Position numbers and translations under genes: made by a program. Under the pieces are notes generated by a model. It was not told where the DNA came from. It saw nothing but the letters and a program-made list of their open reading frames with translations, and did not search any database. Positions 1 through 12,329 of a stretch of DNA of 64,000 nucleotides are shown piece after piece; the first letter of the stretch is position 1; the number at the start of each line of letters is the position of its first letter. Source of the stretch: Vicugna vicugna (taxonomy: Eukaryota); the NCBI GenBank assembly GCA_013265495.1, contig MU057887.1:1189985-1253984 (forward strand), in the 5' to 3' direction.

Positions 1-339
1 AATCTAAAAAAATGACTTATATGTGGAATCTAAGAAAATGAACTTATTTACAAAACAGAAAGAGACTCACAGGCATAGAAAACAAACGTAACGTTACCAG
101 TGGGGGGAGGGTGGGAAGGGATAAACTGGGAGTTTGGGACTTGCAGATACAAACTCCTATATATAAAACAGATAAACAACATGATCCTACTGCGTAGCAC
201 AGGGAACTATACTCAATATCATGTAGTAACTTCTGATGAAAACAAATATATATGCGTGTGTGTGTGTAACTGAATCACCACACTGCACACCAGAGATTAA
301 CAACATTGTACATCAACTATGCATCCATTAAAAAAAAAA
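1..339 (+). mobile_element. L1 3' end (cetartiodactyl-type 3'UTR) with A tail
   Basis: Typical L1 3'UTR text (atgtggaatctaa...gaacttatttacaaaacagaa...gggataaactgggagtttggg...agcacagggaactata) ending in an A run near 330-339. Confidence 0.8.
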
Positions 340-2373
340 GTGTTCTGCAAAGCTGAGCTTCTGCTTAATTTCTGAGTGTGGTGACTGGGTTTTTCCTGTG
401 AAACCCTGCAGTCTCTCCGTCTGCAGTCCTCGGCACCTGTCTTCCGGGGCGATTACTGGTGAACGTGCTTTATCCTCCACTATTCCCCCAGCACTTGGGA
501 ACTCCTTAAGAATAAGAGCTATGTCCTAGTCAGCTGTCTCCCCAAAATGCCTAATGCAGGCTGCACACAGACCAATAAAGCCAAGGAGAAACCGTCGGTT
601 GGTGGCTATAGAAATGGGTGGTAATACTGTAGGTCAGTTACCTAAATAGAGGTCCTGAAGAGGAGAGGTCTTTTCTTTCCCCGTCTCGCTATCCTCCTGG
701 AGAAGGATGAAACCAGTGGGAACAGTACACTACTCCCCCAGGTTTGGCTTTTTCCTTTCCTGCGGCTCGTTGGCCGGAGAGCAAACGCACAGGATGGGGA
801 TGGGTTGCATCCACTGGAAAAGCAGAAGGCAGAAAACCCTGAAGACCTGATACACGCGGGCGTGCTGAGCCTTAGCGTTATGTATGGAAGTGTCCATAGA
901 CGGCTTTCACGCTGCGGGCAGTCGCGCCCCGTCAGCACAGCTGTTCTCCTGAGTGCGTCTGTGGAGGGGCCGGCTTCCCAGCCGGTGCTGTGGGCCGAGG
1001 GGCGCGGGAGGGCCTTTCCTCTCTCTTCAGAAGCGTCTGGAATTTGCCGTTTCTCATCATGTCGGGGACAGCGGGAGACCGCTTCGCGCTGAGTTCCCTC
1101 GCTTCGGAATTCTGTGTCGACCCTGTCGCGCTCTCCCATTGCTGCTCCTTGTCAGACTCTGAAGACAAGGGAGGGTGTTCAGGACGTGTCTGCTCTGGCC
1201 GAATCCATCCCTTCGATGTAATCTGAAAACGGAAGGGGAACGTTGAAGGAGAAAGGCTGGAAAAGGGACACATTTCTCTATCAACTTTATCAAATTATAA
1301 AAACAAAATTAACCTCCGGGATAGAGAACTGCACCAGAATAATTCTCTTGGTTACGCTTGGTCTAGAGCAAATTTAGAATTCTGCTGAGTTGGCCCTTAG
1401 AAGTTAAAAATAAAGGGCAAGGGTCTTTGCTCTTTCCCTTAAAACTGGTACTGCTCTTTTTTCTGAGATGCTCTCCTGGGGAGAAATACATTCCTGGGCG
1501 GAATGCCATCGGTCAACATTCAGTCATCTGCTTCCTGTTGTCTCATTTTTTTTCAGTAACATGAAGTCCTTCGTAGTCTCAAACACATGTTCTTTGTACT
1601 CATAGAATCGAATATAAATGTTACCTCCTTTTCCCTTCCCTTTGTGGTTCAGCTCGGTGCATCCAAGGGGGTGTTTTGTGCAGTACATTTGAATAAGGCT
1701 CGGTCTTCTCTCTGAGGATGTGACAGTCTGGGGAAGACCAGCCAGGCAGAGGGAAGGGCGTGATCGAAGCATCAAGGCAGCGGTGGGCGGGGGGAGTGGG
1801 GATTCTCAGAAGGAATGACGGGGGTGATCGGACACGTGCCCGGGGCTCCGCAGACGCTTGGGACGACCTGCACATGGATGCTGTTGACCCCGATTCAGCG
1901 TTGCTGGACTGCGCTGCGGCTCAGGTATCCAGGGTCACTCAGAGCCGCCTCGCCCTCTCCCCGAGGACAGGCCTGCTTCTGCCCTGGGTGCTGCTGCTGC
2001 TGCGAAGCGTGCAAGGTGATGTTGTTGACATGGTCAGCACCTCCCGGAGGAGGAGAGGACCTGCACAGGGGCCGTGTGTCCCTCAGACACCGGGACCCCG
2101 TGCACGACTGGATTAGTCGTCCTTCTACCTCCACAGGCTCTCTCCACCCTGGAAACCCGTTCTCCTCTTTATATTCCAGATTTCGTAGATGTCGCCTCAC
2201 CCCCCAGGTCCCTAAGCCAGAGAGCAGGTTTATCCCAGGCTGTGTCCCAGTTCAGTCAGCTGCCAAAGTCAGCTCCCGAGGGTGACGCTACCTCTTACAG
2301 GGGCAGTTACTGCAGCCTCATAAGGAGTCTTGATGCTTCTTGTCTTGTCTCCTTTACATCTTTATGTTTGGGG

Positions 2374-2505
2374 TGTTTTTTGTTTTTGTTTTTTTTTGGC
2401 AGGGAGGTAGTTAGGTTTATTTATTTTACTGAGGGTACTGGGGATTGAACCCAGGACCTCGTGCGTGCTAAGCATGTGCTCTACCACTGAGCTATACACT
2501 CCCCC
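2374..2505 (-). mobile_element. tRNA-derived SINE (Vic-1-like)
   Basis: Reverse complement reads ggggagtgtatagctcagtggtagagcacatgcttagcacgcacgaggtcctgggttcaatccccagtacc, then aaataaacctaactacctccc and an A tail; A and B boxes present. Confidence 0.9.
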
Positions 2506-3942
2506 TGTCTGGTCTCCTTTAAATCTAGATTTCACCCTGCTGCCGCGACAGTCCTGAAGCACATCTCAGCACGCTGCGCTCTGGCCCAGCGCCCCTCCAT
2601 GACTCCTCTTGCTTCCAGGGCAGAGTCCACACACTCCTTAGCATGAGCAGTAACGCACCTTGACCGGCACTGCCAGCCTCTCCCACGTCTGCATCCTCCT
2701 CCCACTTCCCCCTGTGCTGCATCAACAGTGGGGCTCCCCCCTCATCAGAGGCAGGGCTCATTTCCCCGCCCTGGGACATGAGCTTCCTCCTGACATGCTC
2801 TGACCCACAGAGTGTGGCTGAAGTGACGTAGAATTTACGTCTTGCAGTTTCTGCACTCACTCTCTTGGAAGATTGGTGCACCTGCAGAAGCCTGGGCTGG
2901 CCTCCGAGAGGACGAAAGCCCCCATGGGGAGAAGGGGCCAGCCCACCGCCAGCACCCACCTCCACCAGCCCTCCAGCCACGGCTGCCAACTGGCTGCAGA
3001 AGACCCGTCCCGCTGAGCCCAGCCCAAACTGCTGACCCACAGAGCTGTGAGCAAATTGTAGCAGTTGTAGTTTCGAGTCACTGAGCTCTGGGGCTGTTGG
3101 CCACGCGGCGACGCGGAACTGACCCGGCTGTCCCGGAGTGGAACGTCCAGCCCTGCTCAGCCCCTTGCTCAGTGGTGTTCCAGGTCATCTCTGCATGTGG
3201 ACTGTGCCCTTTTCATAGAAATGCCCCTTACCCTTCTTTCTGTCATTTTTTTCTGCTGCCTTTCTTTCCAGTCACCTTTTAGGATTCAGCTTGGGTGTCC
3301 CTTCCTTTACGGAGCCTTCCTGGACCCTCAGAACCCCCCGTGACGTCACGCAGCCTCCCCGCCACTTGTTAATTTCACTGTCTGCACCTCCCAACTGCAT
3401 GGCGGCTTTCCTCCCTGCGCCCCTGCATATCCTCCTATCAGTGGGGCCAGAACTACCCACCCTGGCCCCCCATGGGACCCACTAAAGCCAGCAGTGTGGT
3501 GACTGTTACCGAGGGGCTGGCCCCAGGGGTGCTCAGTGAATACTGTCTCCCTCCCTGCCCTGTTCCCGGCTCCACACCCGCTGCCCTGGGGCTGTGGGTC
3601 CCTGCAAGGTGTCCTCCAGGGGAAGGCACCATCACGAGCTCAGGGGGACTCAGGGTTCGTGAAGTTCGTAAGACATGGTCTCCCATCCCAGCGGTGACCA
3701 CCAGCTTAGCTCCCGGAGGCTCAGCCTTAGCACGTCTGCCTGTTGCGTGTCTGATGTGTTTCTGCCAAAACCCAGCAGGCCCTCCTTGTTGGGGAGTGTG
3801 GTCCTTCAGCGCTGCGACTGTCGAGGCCCTTGGTCCTCTGTTGCTCCTCCATCGTCTGGCCCTGGTCATCTCCGCTGCTGCTGGTTCCGTCTATACTGGG
3901 TCAGAGCTTTTGTGTGATGAATATGAATTTCATTTCCGCTGA

Positions 3943-4122
3943 CTTTTTTTTAAATTCCTTTTTCATTTTTTAAAAATCAATTTTATTGTATTTTTTATTT
4001 TGTTTGTGTTGGGGGAGAGGTAGTCAGGTTTATTTATTTTTTCACGGCGGTACTGGGGACTGAACCCAGGACCTCGTGCAGGCTAGGCATGCGCTCCGCC
4101 GCTGAGCTCTGCCGTCCCCTCC
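3943..4122 (-). mobile_element. tRNA-derived SINE (Vic-1-like)
   Basis: Same consensus on the minus strand with a long T-rich tail. Confidence 0.85.
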
Positions 4123-4566
4123 GTCGACTGTCCTTTTTTGTGGCAAGCTTCTCTCTCAGGTTTCACGGCGCTGACGCTGAATGTATCCAAGTTGCAGCTT
4201 TGTGGATTTACTATCCACAAAGGTAAGCTGACATTTAGGAACGGGAAGCCTGTTTTCAGGACAATGGGAAGGCGCGCTGGGTTTGCAGCGGCTGTGACAT
4301 GCACTGTCCCATCGTGTGACCTTCGTGTAAAGCTGCAGGGCGTCTTCTCGGAAGGGCTGGGAACGTTCCTTCTGTGCCTTTCAAGGTAAACGTGTGAAGT
4401 CTCCCAGCCGCTCTTCTGGCCCCCACTTCCATGTGCCAAATTCTTGTGGTTGCGAAATTTCAGGCCTGCGGCATCGTTAGGAAAGATCTGGACAGCTCCA
4501 GTCAAACCTATGCTGAGTGCAGACGGTTGATGATGTGTTTGATTTAACTCATTAAAATACATAGTC

Positions 4567-4680
4567 TGGGGGGAGGGTCTTGCCCAGCATGCACGAGGTC
4601 CTGGGTTCAATCCCCAGTGCCTCCTCTAAAAATAACCCCCCTCAAAATTAATAAATAAATAAAAAATTTTTTAAATGAAA
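4567..4680 (+). mobile_element. Vic-1-like SINE with internal deletion of the A-box region
   Basis: ggggagggtc is joined directly to ttgcccagcatgcacgaggtcctgggttcaatcccc; perfect 14-bp TSD taaaatacatagtc at 4553-4566 and 4681-4694. Confidence 0.9.
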
Positions 4681-6414
4681 TAAAATACATAGTCCCTCAT
4701 CTCCTTACCATTGTTTACTCCAGTAGTTTTTCCTTCATCCTAAATGTGTTTCCTAGGCATTTTCTATACTTACTTGGTTAACCTGTTAATCATTATGCAG
4801 GTGGTAATGATTAATCTGTTTCAGTGAACTTCTGGTGCTGGGTGAAGGTGCAGAGGGCTTTTTAGCATTCTTTTGTTTATTTTGAAATGTTTTAAATCCC
4901 AGCCCAACAAGTTAAGCCAAAAAGCGTCTAAATAGTATATGTAGTATCTAAAAAATGTACAGGGAAGAATAAAGAATCTGACAAGGTAGTGAATTAGAAT
5001 TGGTGGAAAACAGACAGAATTCTTTGTCTGAGAGCTGCTTATCTGCTACATAAATGGTACTCCTTTGACAAAAGTCTTGTCCCTTTAAACCACTCAGTGA
5101 AGTCTGATGAGACTTAATTTAGCAAAGGAAGACGTATACAGGTTTCTCTAAGGTGGCATCGTCAAGCATGGTGAGCAATAACCTGAGAGGTTTTGCAGTA
5201 CAGTGAGAACTGAACGCGGGAAGACATAGTAGCAAAGGAATGAGAAGACTGAGGTTTGTAACCATGTATCTGGACCCTTGGGAGTCAAACGTAAGTTCCG
5301 AGGATGAGAATTCCTGCCCAGTTCCATTTGTTCTTTTTTCTTGACTATCTGATTTCGCAGCCTGTAAACATGTTTTGACAGTGAACTGTTACTTAATAAT
5401 TTAAGAGGACCTTTGCAGAAGGTCTTCGAGGTCCAATGTCAGGGATGCAGAGATGGGCAAGATACAAAAATGCCCTCGGGAGCCAGCCAGGAAGTGATTT
5501 CCCTTAGTATTTTACTTCCGTCAGATGGTGAAGCCTCTTTACTCTTTCCTCCGAGCACTTGATTTGTTTTATCTCAGGACACTTCGTCTGCTGCTTCCAG
5601 GGCAGAGTCACACTGATGACCCGTCCACGCCTTGCTGAGCAGTTGTGTTAAGTGCCGGTTGGCTGCGCGGGCCGTGGGCACAGTCCTCTTCCTCGGGACA
5701 CAGGTGTTGATAAGCAGATCCCTGCCCCGTTTGCAGCTTGCTTTCCTGCCGACTTGGATCTTGTCATTCGCTAATATGCTTAGATTTCTTTTGTTTCCTC
5801 TCTCGTGCTTTGCTTTTAAGTCCCCACAATGATTATGATTCACTCTGCAAATTTCTGATCACTTTCCCAAGGTAGACCCACTCTGACTTCTGTGCTAAGT
5901 GGCCTTACGTTTTGTGGTCTTTCACGCACTGACCGTGTGTGCCGTTCTGGGTGATCTGGGCTGTAAAGGCTGATGCAGAGCGGGGATGAGGCCCCAGGAC
6001 CTTCACCTGGGGAGCAGGGAAGGACGTCGTGAGCCTGCGTCTTGTGCCAGCCTCAGCCGAGCTAGAGGAATGGAAGTGGAACTCCTGCAGCATCGCAGGA
6101 TTGGGCCGGAAGCATGGATACAACGATTAGCAGAACCTCCCAGGAGACGTACAGTCCAGTGGGGACAAGTGAAAAGTTCCAGCACCGTGAATAATGAGGG
6201 CTGCGTCAGAACCGGCCCGAGGTGCTGGGGGAGCCCAGAGCAGAGTGTGCCGGGCCCTCCTTGGCTTCGCAAACTCAGGGCTTATTACGCCGTTAGCAAC
6301 TCATTTTAGCCTGATCTTCCAGTTGCATCATCTAAGAGTTGGTGATGAGGAAGATTCCTTAAAATTAAGGTTAACAATTAATGGTAAAATTCTTTAAAAA
6401 AATGTTTTTAAAAA

Positions 6415-6545
6415 GAGGGCGGAGGTTGTAACTTAAGTGGTGGAGCACGTGCTTAGCATGCATGAGGTCCTGCGTTCAATCCCCAGTCCCTCTATTAAAA
6501 CAAACAAACCTAATTACCTCCCCATTAAAAAAATATTAAAAAGAA
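6415..6545 (+). mobile_element. tRNA-derived SINE (Vic-1-like)
   Basis: gtggtggagcacgtgcttagcatgcatgaggtcctgcgttcaatcccc, then aaacctaattacctcccc and an A tail. Confidence 0.85.
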
Positions 6546-8669
6546 AATTCTTCCGGTGTGTTCACCTGCCCTGTGTTTGGGTGACATAAAGCCACTGCAG
6601 GATCCTCTGCCCTTCCCTCCTTCCTTCCTTCCTTCTTTCCCTCTTGCCTGTATCTTTCCCCCACAGTGTTCTGTAGTTTTCACGTGGCCTGCTTCATCAT
6701 TCTCAAAGAAATGTTCTGACTCCTAGGTGCTCTGCGGAAGGCAGACTGGTAGCATCACGTCTGAGCTTCTGACACACAGAATGCGGCTCTAACATCTAAA
6801 CTGGGGGGGAAAGAAGGTGCACCGAGAGGCCGAGCGGGTTTCAGGATTACCCAGGAACGGTGGGATCATACAGATGCCGCCTCTGCCCGACCCAGGCCTT
6901 ACTTCCTTTCCTCAACAGCCCTCTGCCCTTGCCCTCAGCTCTCTCTGCTAGGAAACCAGAGGCCTGTTGAAGGCCCACCTGCATCCTCTCCTTATTTCTC
7001 GCCTCCTGGGCCATCCTGGGAGCTGCTGAGAAAACAGGTGGCTTGTGGTGCCTCTTCCTCCCTCCAAAGCACTGGGGGACGTAGGACATCGGGCACAGGA
7101 CACAGTAACTGGCGTCTGGTTGCCCGGCTCCATGAACTGGGCAGTGGCTGTGTTCTGTGAGTTTTAGAGACAGGGATTTCCCGGGATCTCCTGGCTCCTG
7201 GGCAGAGGTGACAGCAACGTTGGGGGAGCCAGGTGCCGGAGCCCGCCAGGAACCGCAGGCCGGCGGGGCTGGGCGTGTTCAGCTCTACCCAGGGGACGCA
7301 TTCAAAGGACATAGTCCCTGATCTGCTCTGGCTGGAAGCAAGTGGGGCCAGAGTGTCCAGTGATCTGTGCAAAGGCTGGTCCTCCGGGCAGAGTTCACGG
7401 TGTGGCCTCACTCCGGAGGGATCGTATGAAGGTCTTCGTGAACAGGAACTGATGTTTCTCTACATAAATCTCAGGTATCAATTTCAGGCAACTGGAAAGT
7501 AAAATGATAAGATCTCGGATTCCCTGCATGTGATGACAAGGACACTAACATCCTTTTGTCATCAAAGATCAGTTGCCCCCATTCTGAGGCTCCCGGCTGG
7601 AAGACAGAATATTTGCAGGAATAAAAGGCGGCTGTCCACGTTGAGAATATGATGAGATGGAAGAGGTGGCAGTCACGGCCCCATCGGTAACACAGCCTCT
7701 GCCCGGCTACCGGGTATTTATCAGGCTGAACTTCACGGTTACGTTAGTAAGTTAATGACTGCAGTTGGAAGCAGTTTATAAAATATCTTACTTGCCATGG
7801 GAAGAAATCTTCCTTCAGTTATGATGAAGAATAAAATATAGTAGGAAAAAAAATGCCCAGATTCACAGCCCAATTACACTAACAGATTCTAGAGGAAGTC
7901 TTCTAAGTCTTATGGAAGGTTCATGATTCTCTTTTATTTTTCCTTGTGTGTTGCTGTCGGCTGTGGCCACTTACTGTCAGAATTCCAAGCATGGGATGTG
8001 AATTTCACCAAAGACATGTGAGCTGTAGCCACTTTTCATTTCCAGAGGGAGCTGCGATTCATTCATCTTTGCACTTAAAGCTGCTGTTGACTTTCAGCAA
8101 GGCTGAAATGGGACGTGTTTTTACGCAAGTGCATTCTGTGAGTTTGCTTTGGCGGCGTATTCTCAGTCCGTCAGAGAGCCTGGCCTTCTGTGGTCTTGGC
8201 GGGGTGGCAGCCACCTTGCGGTGAGCCCTGGCCGCTGTTGCTGGCCTGCACCTCCTCTGGTCCTGTCCCAGGTGTGAGCTGTGGGCTTCATTTCAGATAG
8301 GAAAATAGTTCCAGGGCCTAAATGTCACCTCGTCAGCCTTGCTGGCATTGAGTGACTTGGCTGGGCCTGGGGGGGGACCTGGAGCAGAGCCTCGGGAAGG
8401 CAGGGACGGGAGGGCAGTTCAGGGAGGTGGGTCTGGGCTTAGGCGCAGAGAACAGCACAGGGAGGTCTGGATGAGGCGATGGCCCGGTGCCACTGGTCAC
8501 CACGGGGGTGGGGGCCGGTGACGAGGGCGAGACCGAGGAGACACGTCAGCAGGGCCCGTGTTGTGCGGAGGACCCTGGGCATGAGTCTGAAGGTCAGCGG
8601 AAGTGGTTTCGGATGTTTGTGCCAGAGTGTGAAACCAGCCACCGCGGGAAGAGCCGCTGTTCTGACTTT

Positions 8670-9255
8670 GTCCCTGGACACGTTTGCTCCGGCTGCCGTA
8701 ACAAAGTGCACAGACTGGCCCTTGAACAACGGAAACTTCTTTCTCGTGCCCCTGGAGGGTCCAAGTCCAAGATCAGAGCGTCAGCAGCTCTGGTTTCTCC
8801 CGGGGCCTCTCCCCTCGGCTGGCAGGTGGCCGCCTCTCGCCGTGTCCTCGCGTGGTCGCCCCCTGCCTGTGCGCACCCCTGCCGTCTCTTTGCGTGTGTC
8901 CTAATTTCCTCTCCTTGGAGGGACACCAGCCACATTGGATTAGGGCCCTGCTAAAGGCCCTCATTTTTTTTTAATTCTTGTTTTTTGCTGAAGTGTAGTC
9001 AATTTACAATGTGAGTTTCAGGTGTACAGCAAAGTGATTCAGTTGTACATACGCATACATTTTTTTTCAGTTTCTTTTCCTTTGCAGCTCATTATAAGAA
9101 GTTGAGTGTAGTTCCCTGTGCTGTACAGTAGATCCTCGTAAAGACTTCATTTTAATGCAGTTGCCTCTGTATTATCTCCAAAGACAGCCACATTCTGAGG
9201 TCCTGGGGGGCTAGGGCTCCCACATACGAATTTGGGGGGACACAGCTCAGCCTGT
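8670..9255. mobile_element. MLT1-type (MaLR) LTR, split by an L1 3' fragment
   Basis: MLT1A/B-like text (aagtccaagatcaga, ttggattagggcc, cacattctgaggtcctgggg, gaatttgggggga cacagctcagcc); subfamily not resolved. Confidence 0.75.
8968..9138 (-). mobile_element. 5'-truncated L1 3' end inserted in the MLT1 LTR
   Basis: polyT then gaagtgtagtcaatttacaatgtg...tagttccctgtgctgtacagtag; degenerate TSD taaaggccctcatttt (8952-8967) / taaagacttcatttt (9139-9153). Confidence 0.8.
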
Positions 9256-9921
9256 ATCCGCAAAGAAAGCGTTCTTCTGCTCGCTGGTGGAAACAGGCTA
9301 GTGCTGTCGGGGACTGGCCTGTTTAGATGTTTTTAACTCCACGATGTTCTTGTCTGGCGCAGACATCTTTCAGCAGGACCTATGTGAGTCACCCACAGGT
9401 GCACGGAGGACACGGAATATTGCTCCCAGTGTGCCCGCTGACCGCCCTTCCCTCCGCTCTCCCCAGACCCCTAGCTGAAACACACTGACCTGTCATTCCT
9501 AGAAGTACCCGCCTGCTTCCCTCTGAGGCTTTGCACCTGCCATTCGTTTTGCTGGAACCTCCCCCAAGACATCTGTACAGCTCCCTCCCTCATTCCCGCA
9601 GGTGTCTGCATCCCTGCTCCGCGAGGCCCTTCCCCAGCCTGCCGTGTGGAGCCGTGTCCACTCCCCTCCTCACGCCAGCATCGCTGTATCACCGTCAGAC
9701 ATTCCAGATGTGTCCCCACCAGAAGGGGTGTTCCTGGACAAGGGGGACTTCGTGTCCTCTGCTGTTTTTTCTACCTGGGATACGACGGACTGAGCTCAGC
9801 ACGTGGTGTGCGCTCGGTGACACAGGGGTGGCCTCCATCCTAATCGGCTCCGGCTCCTGAGTTGTTTTCTTGTTTGAAGATTTTTATTTTCTTGGTGAGC
9901 TTATCAGGAGTCAAGCTGAGG

Positions 9922-10009
9922 TGGGTGGGCATAGCTCAGTGGTAGAGCACATGCTTAGCATGCATGAGGTCCTGGGTTCAATCCCCAGTACCTCCATTTA
10001 AAAAAAAAT
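9922..10009 (+). mobile_element. tRNA-derived SINE (Vic-1-like, short tail)
   Basis: catagctcagtggtagagcacatgcttagcatgcatgaggtcctgggttcaatccccagtacctcc; TSD agtcaagctgagg (9909-9921) / agccaagctgagg (10010-10022). Confidence 0.9.
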
Positions 10010-10193
10010 AGCCAAGCTGAGGAAAGGCGGCCAACAGGGTTACTTTTTAGGTGGTCAGTTCAGGTGTGTCTTCACCGAGCAGTGATGCTTCTCTGCGGGG
10101 AAACCGCCGTCCCTGTGCGCCCGTTTCACCCGTTGCGTCTCTGTCGTCCCAGGAGGCTGGAGCCCACCCTGAGGCCAGCCCCGTCCCGCCAGG

Positions 10194-10401
10194 ATGGTGG
10201 ACACAGAGAGCCCGATTTGCCTCCTCTCCCCACTCGAGGCTGATGATCTGGAAAGCCCATTATCCGAAGAATTCCTGCAGGAAATGGGCACCATTCAAGA
10301 CATCTCTCCATCCATTGGTGAGGACAGTTCCGGAAGCTTCAGCTTCACAGAGTACCAGTATTTAGGAAATGGCCCAGGGTCAGATGGATCCGTTATTACC
10401 G
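10194..10401 (+). CDS. PPARA: PPAR-alpha coding exon 1 (AF-1); exon begins ~10153
   Basis: [32 protein letters not shown]...; 208 nt; acceptor cccag at 10152, donor G|gtaagt. Confidence 0.98.
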
Positions 10402-11739
10402 GTAAGTGTGCTGTTTCCCAGAAAGCTTTATTTCGAAATGTTTTTTCCACAGGGAAAATTGTCGTCTTTACCTGGAAAAGAAGTCACCTCTTTCTGCACG
10501 GAACTCTTCAGACATGATAAAGCATTACACCCAGAGCCCCTGGGCCTTGAGATTTTTGGGGTGTGTCTTGCCTCTCACAGTATGCCTTCTTTTAAAAGCT
10601 GTACAGAAGTCAAATAATGCTTCATATTCAGCTAAATGCCCTGAGTTTATAGCACTTTAAAGCAGAGAGACTCCTGCTGTAATAAAAATCCCTCTCTTTT
10701 ATCGGGAAATGTACATGAGCCCTCTTTCTACTGCCTTCACTGCGCTCAGAACCACATCCGACATCAGGCGAGGTGGGTGCAAGGAAGTAACACGTGGGGT
10801 CCACCCAGGTAACCTCACTGGGAGGGAGGGAACCATCCTTCGAGGCAGCATTTAACCCAGCCCAGGACGCTGTGCTGTAAATTGCACCCTTGACTTAAAG
10901 GCAGCTGCATCTGGGGTGGACTTGACTCCACCGTGCTTCTTGGCCACCGTGGGTCTTACTGGGACTGAAGAAGTCGGATTCAGACTCAGGAGGAGCGGTT
11001 GCGCTTGGCGTGTGGTTGTTGACTCTGAGTTTGGACCATTCGGGCTCTCTCGGGAAACAGAAGGCTCTCCGTGCGGCGTTTGGTGAACGGTGTCCGTGTT
11101 CTTTCCCCTCCTGGGCTCCCCCGCGTCAGGTTCTTGGTCTGCAGCACGTTTCCCCAGCTTGGTTCCTCCCGTTCCGTGAGGACGCTGTTCACGACTGGGC
11201 GCTGACTTGGTGACGGTGGGAAAGGGGGCACCTCCCCTCCCTGGGAGCCACGTTCACTGGTGAACCCGTGTGTGTGGACCAGCTGCTCGAAACCCTGCAG
11301 GTGTGCGGGGGATGGACTTTTTTTTTTTAACCAATTTAATGGAATGTGTCTGTTTTTTTTATCAGAGGCCATACATCGTGAACTTTGTTGACGATGGATA
11401 TTTTTGTATTTACACAAATATTTTTGAGTTTTGTTCTGGGATGCAGTTAAAGCACTCGGAGAATGTTGATCCTTTCAGGTCCTGTGGTTAAGCTTTGTTA
11501 GATGGGGCCATAACAGTGTTGATTCTAGAGGTAATTTTGTTCCACTTCTGAGGCAAAACCCTTTTGAGTGTGTTCCCCAGTGCCCTAAGGATTTGGAGCT
11601 TCTCCATCATGAGTGGTGGTCATGGGACTGCCTCTGAGTCCTCAGTCTTGTTCCCTCTGAGTGTTTCAGAGTATTTCAGTGTATACTAACCTATGTATAT
11701 ACACGTCTGTGGATTTTTTTTAAGCATTTTATTGCTTCA

Positions 11740-11885
11740 TCTCTTTTTTCCTCTTTTTTGAGAGGAGGGTAATTAGGTTTATTTGTTTGCTTATATATTT
11801 ATTTTTAGAGGAGGTACTGGGGATTTAACCTAGGGCCTCGTGCATGCTAAGCATCTGCTCCACCACTGAGCTATACCCTCCCGCA
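11740..11885 (-). mobile_element. tRNA-derived SINE (Vic-1-like)
   Basis: gaggtactggggatttaacctagggcctcgtgcatgctaagcatctgctccaccactgagctataccctccc. Confidence 0.9.
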
Positions 11886-12329
11886 GCCCCCGCCTGAATG
11901 TTTCTGTATGTATCCATCTGTCTCTATGTTAAGGTAAATGTAGGTTCAAACAGATGTCTGCGACTCTAATCCACCGCTGCCTGGGTCATCCCAGCCTCCT
12001 CCTCCTGCTTATCTGTGAGTTTAGACTCCAGCAGTGAGAGACCTGGCCGCCCCCATGCACCGTCCGTTTAATTAGTTGTCCATTTCGCGTGTACGTGGGT
12101 AGTGGCCTCAGCCCTGTGGGAGGCAACTCAATCAGCTAAGGACATTGTCCAGCTGCGGTTCCTTTGCCTTTGGTCTCACAGGCGCCACTCGTTTCTGAGG
12201 TCACTTAGGTGAGCATCTTTGGGGAAGTTTCCCGCAAATGTGTCGTACATTTGCGATATAGTCAGGTTGTAGGGGCACATTCTGCGTTCCATCCTGGGAT
12301 CCTTGGACCTCCTAAGTTATTTTTGTTCA

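Noticed and set aside
9922..9996. tRNA-Ala(AGC)-like genes, here and at other copies
   Set aside because: They have A tails, TSDs, SINE-specific 3' sequence and decayed stems, so they are SINEs
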